From: Ophelia neglecta
Lineage: Eukaryota
Direction: 5' to 3'
DNA: 64,000 bases
NCBI GenBank assembly: GCA_965285935.1
Contig: OZ260665.1
Location: 55,676,001-55,740,000, forward strand
Shown here: piece by piece, positions 52,997 through 64,000 of the stretch
Layout: each line of letters begins with the position of its first letter
Numbering within the stretch: position 1 is the stretch's first letter
Position numbers and translations under genes: made by a program
Notes under the pieces: model-generated
Databases searched by the model: none
Told to the model about the DNA's origin: nothing
Seen by the model: the letters and a program-made list of their open reading frames with translations, nothing else

Positions 52997-55900
52997 TTTC
53001 AGAACATAATAGCCTTTCATAGTTTAATAATTTAATGATCCTCATATATGTTTTGACCAGTGTTATATGGGGTATCCTAGAAGTTAGGTCTCGGGCTAAA
53101 ATAAAACAACTGATGTGTTTCCGTACGGTGTGGTATTCTCATCTTTCAAACCTCAAGCTACATAGAACTTACCACTTTGTAGATAATATTGGCAATACCA
53201 CGGAGAATTGTATTGGTGCATAACAACGAAAATATAATATCAAAAGAGTACCAGCTGCTTGAGATCGTGCAATGTACGTGACATGATGTTCCCTTGGAAT
53301 GGTGGTGCTAACCACAGAAATCTGTTTTTCTGAACATCTTGTGTATCTTCTTCAATTCATTATTACTCGGCTTTACTAAAGCTAATTTCCGACAACTCTC
53401 ATCCCAATATTTCTGATAGAGTTGTTGCACTTTACTGTCAAAGAGGTCACATTGGGGAACTTCGAATGAACCCGTTCACAAATTGCCACAATTTACTGCA
53501 ATATATCGGCCATTCTATTAGAGTTTTTATGAAACACCAATTAACTTTGGACTCTATATAAGTATACATGTATGAAGATTTGACTTCTGTGTATAGGCAC
53601 GCCTGTATGTTAGGACATATGTCACAGTGTCTTTACAGATTTTTTTGTTGTTGCCAGGAATATTGTGAAGCACATTTTAGCTGGTTTTCATTAGTTGGGC
53701 TGTTCAATTGCCCAATTCCCTCTCAACAACAATAACTAGAGAAGCAAACAACTGTCTGTAACCATCAGCGTAACAACAAATTATTGATGACCACGTAAAG
53801 CCAGCTGCCGGCATTCTCTACAAGGACTAGCAGCGCCCTGAACATTTAGGTGTGTTTTGTGTGTGGTAATTACTATAAACTGGACTTCAGCAAAGAGGAT
53901 GAAAAAATCGCACGTTTCGTGTTTGTTTCGAAGCAGAATATGGCGTCTTCATGGCAATCACTTGCAAATTATATTTGATATGCGTGGGTTGCACAACTTA
54001 ATACACTCAAATTATTCCGTCTTAAATCAGACACGGTAGGTCATTTTGCTCTTATCGCTGGCAGCGCAACACGGCTCTAATTGAACCGAGAACGCCAAGG
54101 GTAATTACGGGTAAACGGATCATGGCAAAATACATTCTGGCCATCATATGAATGAACAGATAATTATTCGATGGGATGATAAAGGAGAATTTTTTTCACC
54201 TAGCAGTTTCCCTAAAGCAACTATACACCTTACTTGTACAAAAGCAAATAGCCCTATAGGGTCTAACTCCCACTGGATTTTGACGACAGGCACACTGTCT
54301 TGTACTCAAAGTAGATAATTTTTACGTCCACTATAATCAAAGTGACGAATGCCTGTGATGCTCATCGTGAGCGAATGTTCTACAGTTTGATCGACTCGCG
54401 CTTCACCAAAGTTCCTAAAATGACCCCAAGGATTTGTGCATGGTTAAAATTTTAATCAATTGTCTTTTTTTTCAGCAAATGTAGTTCAGAAAAAAGTAGG
54501 ACTGCTTATTTTACTTGCATGATCTACTTCTCTACCATCGCTAGTAACATCGGTCTCTAGACATGTCCAAGTAAATAAAAAACTTGATGATGCGATGAAA
54601 GCTTGCCCACCGTTTTAGTTTAGCTAAATCATAGTCATTGTTATGAGAGGCATACTGGACTTAAGATTGTCTTCCTCGAAAATGCAATCCCATGAATAGA
54701 TGTTAAGCAGTTGTACGTTTAAGATTTTAAACGTACAAAAGCTAAATGCTGTAAATGGTGAAGCCGCATAAGAAAAGCTTTAGTTAATCTGCTCAGAACG
54801 CGTGCAACCCTTTAAGCTGTTTTTATCACCCCGGGTTGTATAATATATATCCATAAGCTGTTTGTAACTGTATTACATGGGTGCTGATATCAATAGCAAT
54901 ATAATCAGCAGTTGTTTCACGCTATTTTAGCTGGTTTCCAGCACAAAATGTCAAATTCCATTTCGATTGCCATTCAGATAAACAAAACAGGCCATAGTTT
55001 GTGGGGCTCATTATGCATGTGAGAGCAAGGAGTAGACAAAGAAGAGTGACACATTTTTGTATACATGAAGTAGAATCACGCCACACTGAATGCACTCCGA
55101 AACTTTATCATTTCCAACTGGCTTGGAGTGGCCTGGGGAGCGAAATTGAAGGGGAAATTCCGATTTTGAGTTCATCGGGCTGTAACCGCTTACCATTATA
55201 GAAAAGGGATGTGGACCTTAATCTATCGATTATTGATTATTTAATATGTGGCTTGATCCTTAACCGTAACGAGTTTCGTGATGGAGTGGTTTGAAAGCTA
55301 AATAGTTCGATTTTGGCCGATTCATAGTCAACAGCTCGAGCAGTACATGCTGGTATTCAAAGGGAATGCCTAAAGCATAAACATCGTTAACAGCGTAATC
55401 GATAGGAATGATTTATAACACAATGAATTATTATAATTTCTTTGAAATAACTGAAAATAATGTGACACAATGAAAGAGTTCAGTAAACAGGCACAGGTGA
55501 CTCGGGAGGAAGTTTAATGGGCAAGTCTTACTCGCACGATACCGGAAATGGTTGCCGCCAACCAGTTTCCATTTTGAATTAAAGAGTACTTCCGGTGCAC
55601 TCTAAAAACTACAAATAACGGTCCAACTATTGAGCCGCAATCATGTTCAGGTTTCGGCTTTGGCATCCAAGGACGTTGAAAAATCGGTGAAAGTTATAAA
55701 ACTCTGTTAGTAATAACAGACATTATATGTTACAATTGTCAAGCTTTCGTTGAAGACTGGAGTTTATTGGGCAACACATTTGCCCAACCGTGAAGCCATG
55801 ATGTTTGTATATTTTATCACCTGCTCTTGGCTTACTTTGACTTTAATAAGGTAACGTTAGACAGAGAGGCAAACGATATATGATTTATATCATGCTCACA

Positions 55901-56679
55901 TGATTCAATGACAGGACTATTTTCTGCAATGAACGATTTCGCATTGCGCTAATAGGAAAGACGACGTTTTTGTCTCACATGATATTCGGGATCATGAACA
56001 CGAAAGAACCTGCCAAAAGTTGGCGCAGCTTTTATGGACATTAGCAGTCCCTTAAACGTCTGTCATAGGCAAGCCACACATTGGATTTATTGATAAATGT
56101 ACCAAATAAATTAGCTGTGAAACCCGGTCTCGGTCTACGTTTTTGCAAGCAATGCAAATTAATGTTACTAAATTTCCACCCAATCAGCGCATGATGCTAC
56201 TGGCTGGCATGTTTCTTTGGGACTCTATCAGTCGCTTCTTCATGCAAGCCATCTGACCCATTTAGTTAATATATTGGTCTTGCTCATCGCGCTTAAACCA
56301 CTAGGTTCTCGTCGGAACTTGTCTCTATGTGTGGTGCGAGAGGCCGGGGGGATTTGTTTTTGTTTTTACTTTGTTTATAACTTTTATTAGAGTAATAACA
56401 AATCAAATTTAGAAGGTCCGTCCTAAAAAGTATTTGAATTAAGGTATCATACTAAAGGAAAATAAAGAGTATTTCTATATCATTTATTGCGTGCACAAAC
56501 TAGTTGATTAAGAGAACACATTATGTAGTACAAAACGCGTCTTGGGCTGTCTTCTTGGCAAGCCGGTTTTGTCTCAAACGGATACGTGGCACGCCATTCG
56601 TCAATCAAGGCCGTGGAAAATGGAGGGGTTGTTAACAAGACTGGCTAAAGCGTCTGCCTGCTTCCATCTGTTAGCGGAT

Positions 56680-57021
56680 TCACTAGACACCACACAATTA
56701 GGCGCCAAACAATAAGCAGATCGACACAACACAATCAGGGGCCAGGCTATTACCAGACCTACATAACATATTCAGGGGTCAAATAATAACCAGTCCAACA
56801 CAACACAAACAAGAGACAAATTATAACCAGACCGACACAACATTATCAGGGGCCAGGCTATAACCAGACCTACATAACATATTTGGGGGTCAAATAATAA
56901 CCTGTCCAACACAAGACAAACAAGAGACTAATTATAACCAGACCGACACAACACAATCAGGGACCAAGTTATAACGAGAACGACACAAACCAATTAGGGA
57001 CCAAGTTATAACCAGACCGAC
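56680..57021. repeat. Minisatellite, about 37-bp unit x about 9, with 111-bp higher-order repeat
   Basis: Consensus is approximately ataaccagaccgacacaacacaatcagggaccaagtt. The variant accagacctacataacata recurs at 56752 and 56863 (period 111). Confidence 0.85.
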
Positions 57022-60000
57022 CTCGTCCAGGGGACAGTGGTTCCAGGCGACTACTATTCCCTAAACATCAAAAGTATTTGCTACGGGGATTTCATTCTGA
57101 GCTGCATTCCTGCCATACACAGTGGTTATCTTAACAGCGTTCCTTGTTTGGCGAGTTGGCGGAAAGCGTCTCCTAGACAAGGAGACAAGGTGTAGTGCAA
57201 AGGACATGTTGACTTTTTGGGCGGTAACAGATTACGTGCAGCAAATTGATGTTAATGACGGATGCTGATCAATGTGGATACTGGGACACCAGGAAGGAAC
57301 GTTATATAATAATAGTTCACAACTTCAGAGATCTGCAATAACTTGCTGAAGGAAGGACGGGTCTATACGAAATGTCTGTGCATCGACAACTCTCCTTTAA
57401 ATGAAGAACATCTGCATTTTAAACTGATATAAAAAGTGTCGGTTTTATTGGAGTTGGCTCCATCCCCTCACCCACCCACCTCGTCACCCACCCCACGCCC
57501 TGAAAAGCAAAATTATAAGGTATGAGTCAGAAGGTGTCGAATTCTCCGTTCAACCAAGCTGACGTGCTAACCCATTTAATATGAAGTAGCAACCGAATAC
57601 ATCTGTCACACTGATAATGATATACATATGTAGATGGCGCACAACACGGAACCAATGTAAAAACAAACTTAGCACTATTAGCAATGTAATAAAATCTTCC
57701 ATTTTCCGATATTCTCGGAAAGATGTTACTTTCAAAGCTGAGTATAGCCGATAGCTGCATATTCCGTTGGGAGAAGTGAAACGAAAGAAGTCGTTCTCCT
57801 GCGCAAATGCCGTATTTTCTAACTGGTACTAAAGGCTCACTTGCAAATATGGAAAGCCTAAAGGTTGATTGAAATGTTCACCGCCGGTGTAGTTCTGTTA
57901 GAACGTTTTTACGTGTTTTTATCTAGTACAAGTCTAATGAACCAATTGTGTGTAGCTATAGACTTATGACTAACTAATTAATGATTAAAATGAATGACTT
58001 CTTTATAACAAACGTTTTGTTTAAATTTGCTATAAATTGGATATTAATTGGATTTATCGATTGCATTGGTCAATTTTTTCAACCTCAACATAAAGTTAAT
58101 AATTTAATGGCTGTATAATACAGTCACAATGCAGATACGATTGAGACCATCATTATAGTTATTAACCAGGCTACTAACTATTGCATTCTGGTGGGAATTT
58201 ATAGGCCATATTAGAACTAATTTCTCAGCGAGGTGAAGTACACCCGTGGCGAGAATCACTTCGGGGGTTTCAATTTCCTACCAACAAGGCGGTATACTTT
58301 TCGTTGGCGATGTCTGTATCCTTCAACCCGGGAAGCCAAGAGGCTGACGTGATCAGCGGTCAAACACTGTTAGTGGTTCCTGGTGTGTTGACGGAGTCTT
58401 TCCGAATAACTCAAGATATCGATCCCTTCATGAAACGGCTATTGTCTTGCTCGAGTAGAGAGTTGTGTCTCTGTCTGCCCATTGCAGTTTATCACGTGAC
58501 ATGCTAGCCAGTCGCCAGTTATCGGCCCGTTCAAGGCCCGCCCAATCGTAAACGTTTCAATGTAGTTCTGTTCAGGAACCCTTTATCCCTCATCATAGGC
58601 AGCAATATAAGCCAGGAAAAGGAAACCAATTGATCGGACTGTTGTGCAAATCAATTTTCCTTTATATAGGGATATATTAGCCTATTGCTCCAGAAAATAG
58701 GAACAACAATGCTAAGTAAAAGTTATAATTGACTGTCTGGATTATAAAATAAAGTATATAATGTGAAACCATGTCTTCTCGTTATCGAAGGGGCAACGAT
58801 GACACATCCAAATTGTTCAATATTCTTAAAATGTTGGATGTTTACATAAATTGTTGGTTGTTGAATTTACATGTAAATCACCACCATTATCATTTTGGAT
58901 TTTTTTGTATACCAAAACTTGAGAGGCTTCAGTAATATAACAGGCAGCCTAATAATTAAAAATTCGCATTAGTAAAAATATCAGCTACACGAAAACTATT
59001 ACGTACGTTTAAAACAGTTCTTCTCAGGAAAAATATCCCTTATAGAGTCATTGGTCATTATAATACCCCGCCTCTATGCCATAAGTGAGGTACAAATAAA
59101 AAAGAAAATATATTGTACATATAGTGTTCGCCTGCATTGATAATTCATCAGCTGGCAAGTGATTGAATTCAAAAAGAAGACTGCTAGCTAAGAGATTGTA
59201 CATGAACTGTCAGGAGAAAAAGGTTAAGAAGGGACTAACATACCTCGGCGTGACAGTGTCTCGTAGACCACCTTATCATCTCACTGCACATTGGAATGAA
59301 ATAAAATAAAGAGTCTGCACGACATGTGTGTCTCGAATTAAAAAAAAATACTCGAGGTCAATGATGGGAATTCGGAAAATATTGGCTGTGGCACACACAC
59401 GGTTGACGTGAGTCCTTGGAGGAAGTGCTCTAACCAAACGTTCAGCTCTGGTAGTGAATCTATTGTGAGGAATTCAGCAGTATTTTCGTATTTTTTTGCC
59501 ATTAGCCAATAAAGATCTATAAATATATAATGCTCTCTAGGTTTTCGTTTTTTTTCTGCCGGATTCGATTATCATTTTATGGGTTTTTAGCACATCTTTA
59601 CTTAAGGAATGTTGGTTGCATCAAATTGAATGTACATCTTGTCAAAATGGTTTCCAACCTAATATTGTACCCATGGTTTTAGAATATAACAGTTAATTCT
59701 TTCGATTTGACTGCTACAGCGGATTGATCATCCAAATGGAAATGGTTATTCCTGTGTTTTTTCTTGTCAAGCCTTTCACGCTTCTCTCTGCCAATACATG
59801 ATCATACACGTTAGACGCCTGTGATTCAATAATGATGTTTCCGTTTGGGAATACGTGCAAGCTGAATCCCTTGCATCGTTTAATTTCCTTTTCTCTGCAA
59901 CTTTTAATCCCAATTTTAAACTGAGAAAACAGTCGTTAAAAGAAAAGGAGAAGTGGTTGCAGGAACTCAATTTTTCTGATATGTATATGTACATGTACAT

Positions 60001-61335
60001 GAGAGAACCCACCGCTTTCTTTTCGTCGGATTGATTTGCTGGACCCAGGTGGGCAGTCATAAACAAACACGAAAGAACTGTTTATCTGATGTCTCTCAGA
60101 AGATATACCATCTATAGGTAACAGTGATGTATTCCAGCGAAGGGAATAGTGGGCTACGTAGAAGAATTATAAAAGAAAGAATGAAATAAAGCCTTATATA
60201 GGCAGATGTTGAGAAAAACTATGCACTTAATGGGGCATTAATAAGGCATATAGCTTTCAACTAAGCTTCCCATATGGAGAAGAATTCTCGATATTTAGCA
60301 CCTGAGGTCTCAGCCTAACGTTATGTTCCTTCTGTGTTTTCACAGTGAATAGACACATCACAAGCATTATTGATAACATTAATACCATCAACATCCTCAG
60401 CACGTTTGGCATCACTCTACCAATAAAAAAATTAACACCATATATGCCAGATAATATATTTTAGAAACTTATATGTGCTCGTGATATCCCTTGACGTCAA
60501 AAACCCAAATAAACGTCGATATGAAGAAGCAAAAATTAATACCCGAAATTCCTTTAAAAAAGGTATTTATTACCGGCTGTACTTACGAAGTGACTGATTG
60601 GTCAAATATTCAAGGAATCAATTTCTTTGACATAGAGCGCATTTTCTTGCGAATTAAGGTACAGCTTTGAGTTTACACTCTCTAGCTGAATTACTGATTA
60701 AAGGGCAAACTGTATAGGCCTAACTAGGAACTTTCTGATCATTGAATTAGTTAGCTCTTTGAAAAAATAAAGGTTATATCAATCTCCCTTTTATCAATTA
60801 ACACCTGAGCCTTATTATTGTGAATACTGGGAGGCTAACATATTGTGCGTTTGGCTTACTGGTGTGCTTAATTGCTTTATCAAATCAATCGTTCTCGACA
60901 CATTTCACTGAAGGTCATAAAACAATTCATGTTGGCCTTGGGAAGCTCCAAATTGCCCAAGGATTTTTTATGCAAGGCTATGGCTGACAAGCAGGTTAGA
61001 GTTGATAATTTCAAACAGGATTGTTCCAAATCATGGTAAATTACTTAGAGGCAAATAAGTGATTAGTTAAGGGAGATCAGTTCCCTGTATGCCCCTACGT
61101 GTTTGGTATATCCTTCGGAGTGTTTGATTTTATTTAATAACATGTTTCCTAGTGCTTCTCCCTCGTGTCTGAATTAAAACAAAAATTAATGCATTAGCAT
61201 CGCTTCATGTTGGCCAACCAGGATCTTTTTAGGCTTTAAAACGCAACAGGGTCCTAAAATTGGAAAAAAATTCTCAAGGGTCAGTAGCAATTAGCAGTAT
61301 CGGTCCGTTCGGCGTCGCAAAACGTCTCTCGTTCG

Positions 61336-61492
61336 NNNNNNNNNNNNNNNNNNNNNNNNNNNNNNNNNNNNNNNNNNNNNNNNNNNNNNNNNNNNNNNNN
61401 NNNNNNNNNNNNNNNNNNNNNNNNNNNNNNNNNNNNNNNNNNNNNNNNNNNNNNNNNNNNNNNNNNNNNNNNNNNNNNNNNNNNNNNNNNNN
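61336..61492. other. Assembly gap (157 N)
   Basis: Run of N characters. Confidence 1.
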
Positions 61493-64000
61493 GCCTTTGA
61501 TCGCTAACATGAAGTAAGCAACCTGTTTGCGTCAAACGACATGATTAAACGGAACTGCAAGTCATAAAGTCTATTTTTATTTCAATGGGATTTAGTTAGT
61601 GTATAGGGAAAACCAATGGTTAACTTGTCCTTGGTTGAGATCTGAAGTTTTCTGTTATTGCGACGGCTGCCCCTGGCTTTTCTACCACCTTTTGCAGAGC
61701 GTATAGGCCTACTGCTTGGATTTGGCTTAATAATAGGAAAACAAGTTTTTGCTTTCGTGCTGTGTGATCCTATAAGCCTCAAGAACGCTTCTTTGGGTTT
61801 GTCTACAGCCCCGGCTCCTGGCAATATTATGATACGTTCGTCACTGCTCAAGTATCGAGTGATTATAAAACACCCCGTTAAAAGATACTTTCTTTCAGTT
61901 TGGTTCGGTGTTCGCAATCTTATATACATTAGGCATATAGTAGCTAGACAATTAATGTTTTGATTTTGGTCATTCACAGATATACGGCAGGACGAATGCT
62001 ACTTCAGAGACGTGAACCTATTGCATCATATGGAGAACTGAAATTTGTTCAAACAAGGTAGGAAACTGTACGCTATTATGAAATGAACATTTTTAAGGCT
62101 CTTCCCCTAACGCTACGTCAAATGGTTGTCCCCTTACCGGTAATATCATATCAGTCATAAGTGCTATAAATGATGAGTAGCGCATTTGACAGACAAAATT
62201 AATAACTGTAACTGCTATAAGCATAAGTTTCTCTCGCGTAAGCACTGTAGGCCTGCCACTAAATACATCGAACAGTACTCCAAAAGCTTTTAGTCTGTAA
62301 TTCACTGGCGTATTAAACTATTTAGAGTGGAACATGGTGAGTGGATTTACCCCCCCCCCCTAAACACACACACACACACATCTTTCTTTAAAAAATGCTG
62401 ATGTATGGCTGCCTCTCTAGATTGTATGATGGGCGTTGCCTCCCCCCAGTCCTCCATACCTACACTCCCCAAGTGACAGCGTAACCCTACCTATCGAAAA
62501 TCCCTTTATTGCCTTCAAGTGAAATCAGAAGAACCTTTAACAATGCAGATCCGGCTGCACCATCAACGGACTGCAGTTGCTATATATGGAAAATTATAAA
62601 CACCATCAGCTTCAGCAGCAAATCCATTTTGATCAAATACATTTGGCAATTTTCGACTTGAAACCTACCACAGCTTGCTTCAGCAGTCTGCCAGCAGTGT
62701 ACCAGCGTACAATTGCATATTAACAATTGTGCTTATTATTCTTCACACACCCGAGGCGAGAATGGATGTGAGCATTGATGAGGAACCAGTCAAGAGTAAA
62801 GTTCGACTGGCAGACGTATCCAGGTCGTTTTCCTCCGGAGGTATCTACATACTTTGACCCAATGGCTCCCTTACTGGGCCTTTCTTTAGTGTAAACCTCA
62901 ATATACCAGGAAGGAATGATATAATTCTCATCGAAGTTGTATCATCGCCGCACGGCATGGTATCTACAACCGTTTTGACATTTGTTTGATATTGGTTCAT
63001 GAACACAGTTTGGAATGGATCATCGTAACATGTAAACCACAGATCCTAGGCCCCTTATCAAGGTCACACTTAGGTCTAGGTTACTCCTTAAGCCGTCTCG
63101 GGTAACTGCACGTTTTGAAGGTTACACTTTACGCCGTACCTGCTGGCTTTAAGTAATACCTAACACGATAGGCCTATATATAAATAAAGCAATGGAAGGA
63201 ATTATAGCCGATCCCGGTAGAAAACCAAATGTGATTGATGGACCTCAAAGCCTACCCGAAAAAATTATTCGTTGTCGTTAATATTTAGTAATAGCTATTT
63301 CATACACATAATTAAACAACTTTTTTGGATTAAATAATTGAGTTTTGTTCATAGCAAAATAAGAAATGCACTCATACATTGAAAATTGCATTTTGAATCC
63401 AGCATATTGTTGTGTTCGAAATGGGATTAGATATGTTCTGCTTTCAAAACATGACCAGCGTTGAAGGCCAAACAAACTCTGAACCGACGATCCATTTTAC
63501 TCGTCATTTCTTTAGGTTTGATGAATGACAATCGTTTAGGCACCAGCTTGAGCTGCTGGAAACGTCGACGGCAACACGAAATGAAAATGCCATTCAGCGG
63601 GCCCCTTCCGGTCTCAGAAAGCCGCTCACATACCGTACAAGACAAGAGATATGACATGTTAATTATGAGGCAAATAGACTGGGGCTTACGGCACTTCGAG
63701 TAACTGAGTCATTGACATAGAAGACATTGTGAAAATGCTGATCCTGGTTTAAGAATCGTGGGCAATCTAGCCGGTTGTACAAGAGAACGACTTATTTTAA
63801 CTGCTCTTCAGCATAATGGGGACTGCCTGATGATAGAGACATAAAATCTCTGACCAGAAGTTTTCGATACGTTGAACACATTGAATGCTTATAGTTGTAA
63901 TATGACTACAGTAGATATTCAAGCCGCTATCTCCAGTTTCCACAAAATTACGCAAGGCTTATTTGTTTGATCTAAGCATGTCATCTGCGTCAAGGCGAAT

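Noticed and set aside
54903-54925. tcagcagttgt, a partial resemblance to a lophotrochozoan miRNA (miR-1992-like)
   Set aside because: Only the first 11 nt match as I recall the sequence, and the flanks do not form a proper precursor stem.
56680-57021. Possible CRISPR-like array (about 37-bp periodicity)
   Set aside because: Units are contiguous degenerate copies without unique spacers, there are no cas genes, and the context is eukaryotic.
57025-57330. Possible LINE endonuclease remnant (TVVPGDYYSL)
   Set aside because: Similarity is too weak and fragmentary to support by eye.
61582-61977. Overlapping 131-aa and 101-aa ORFs next to the gap
   Set aside because: No motif or splice support, consistent with chance ORFs.
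63719-63745. Bantam-like sequence (agacattgtgaaaatgctgat)
   Set aside because: The seed region does not match and no hairpin partner is evident.

Overview
AT-rich, intron-rich animal (invertebrate) genomic DNA. A lophotrochozoan source is likely, inferred from the receptor subtype. The ORF track is mostly noise, so genes were rebuilt by hand from splice sites. Three protein-coding genes are present. (1) 1133-9729 (+): the last 17 exons of a VWA/Cache-domain type I membrane protein (CACHD1/alpha2delta family). (2) 12299-26028 (+): a complete 24-exon tandem paralogue of about 1118 aa with signal peptide, intact MIDAS, two dCache modules, Cys-rich stalk, TM helix and short tail. (3) 30732-37529 (-): a convergent nicotinic acetylcholine receptor alpha-type subunit with an atypical pore (P-D-R at -2'/-1'/0', Ser at 9', Gln at 20'); its signal-peptide exon was not found. 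About 37.5-64 kb has no recognisable coding exons. The window also holds MITEs, an L2/CR1-type LINE remnant, probable Crypton-like remnants, a 37-bp minisatellite with 111-bp higher-order structure and an assembly gap. The best leads are the unusual receptor pore, the duplicated CACHD1-like pair with intact metal and amino-acid binding motifs, their excess of GC-AG introns, and a probable gene-conversion tract. I cannot demonstrate a wholly new system from sequence alone.
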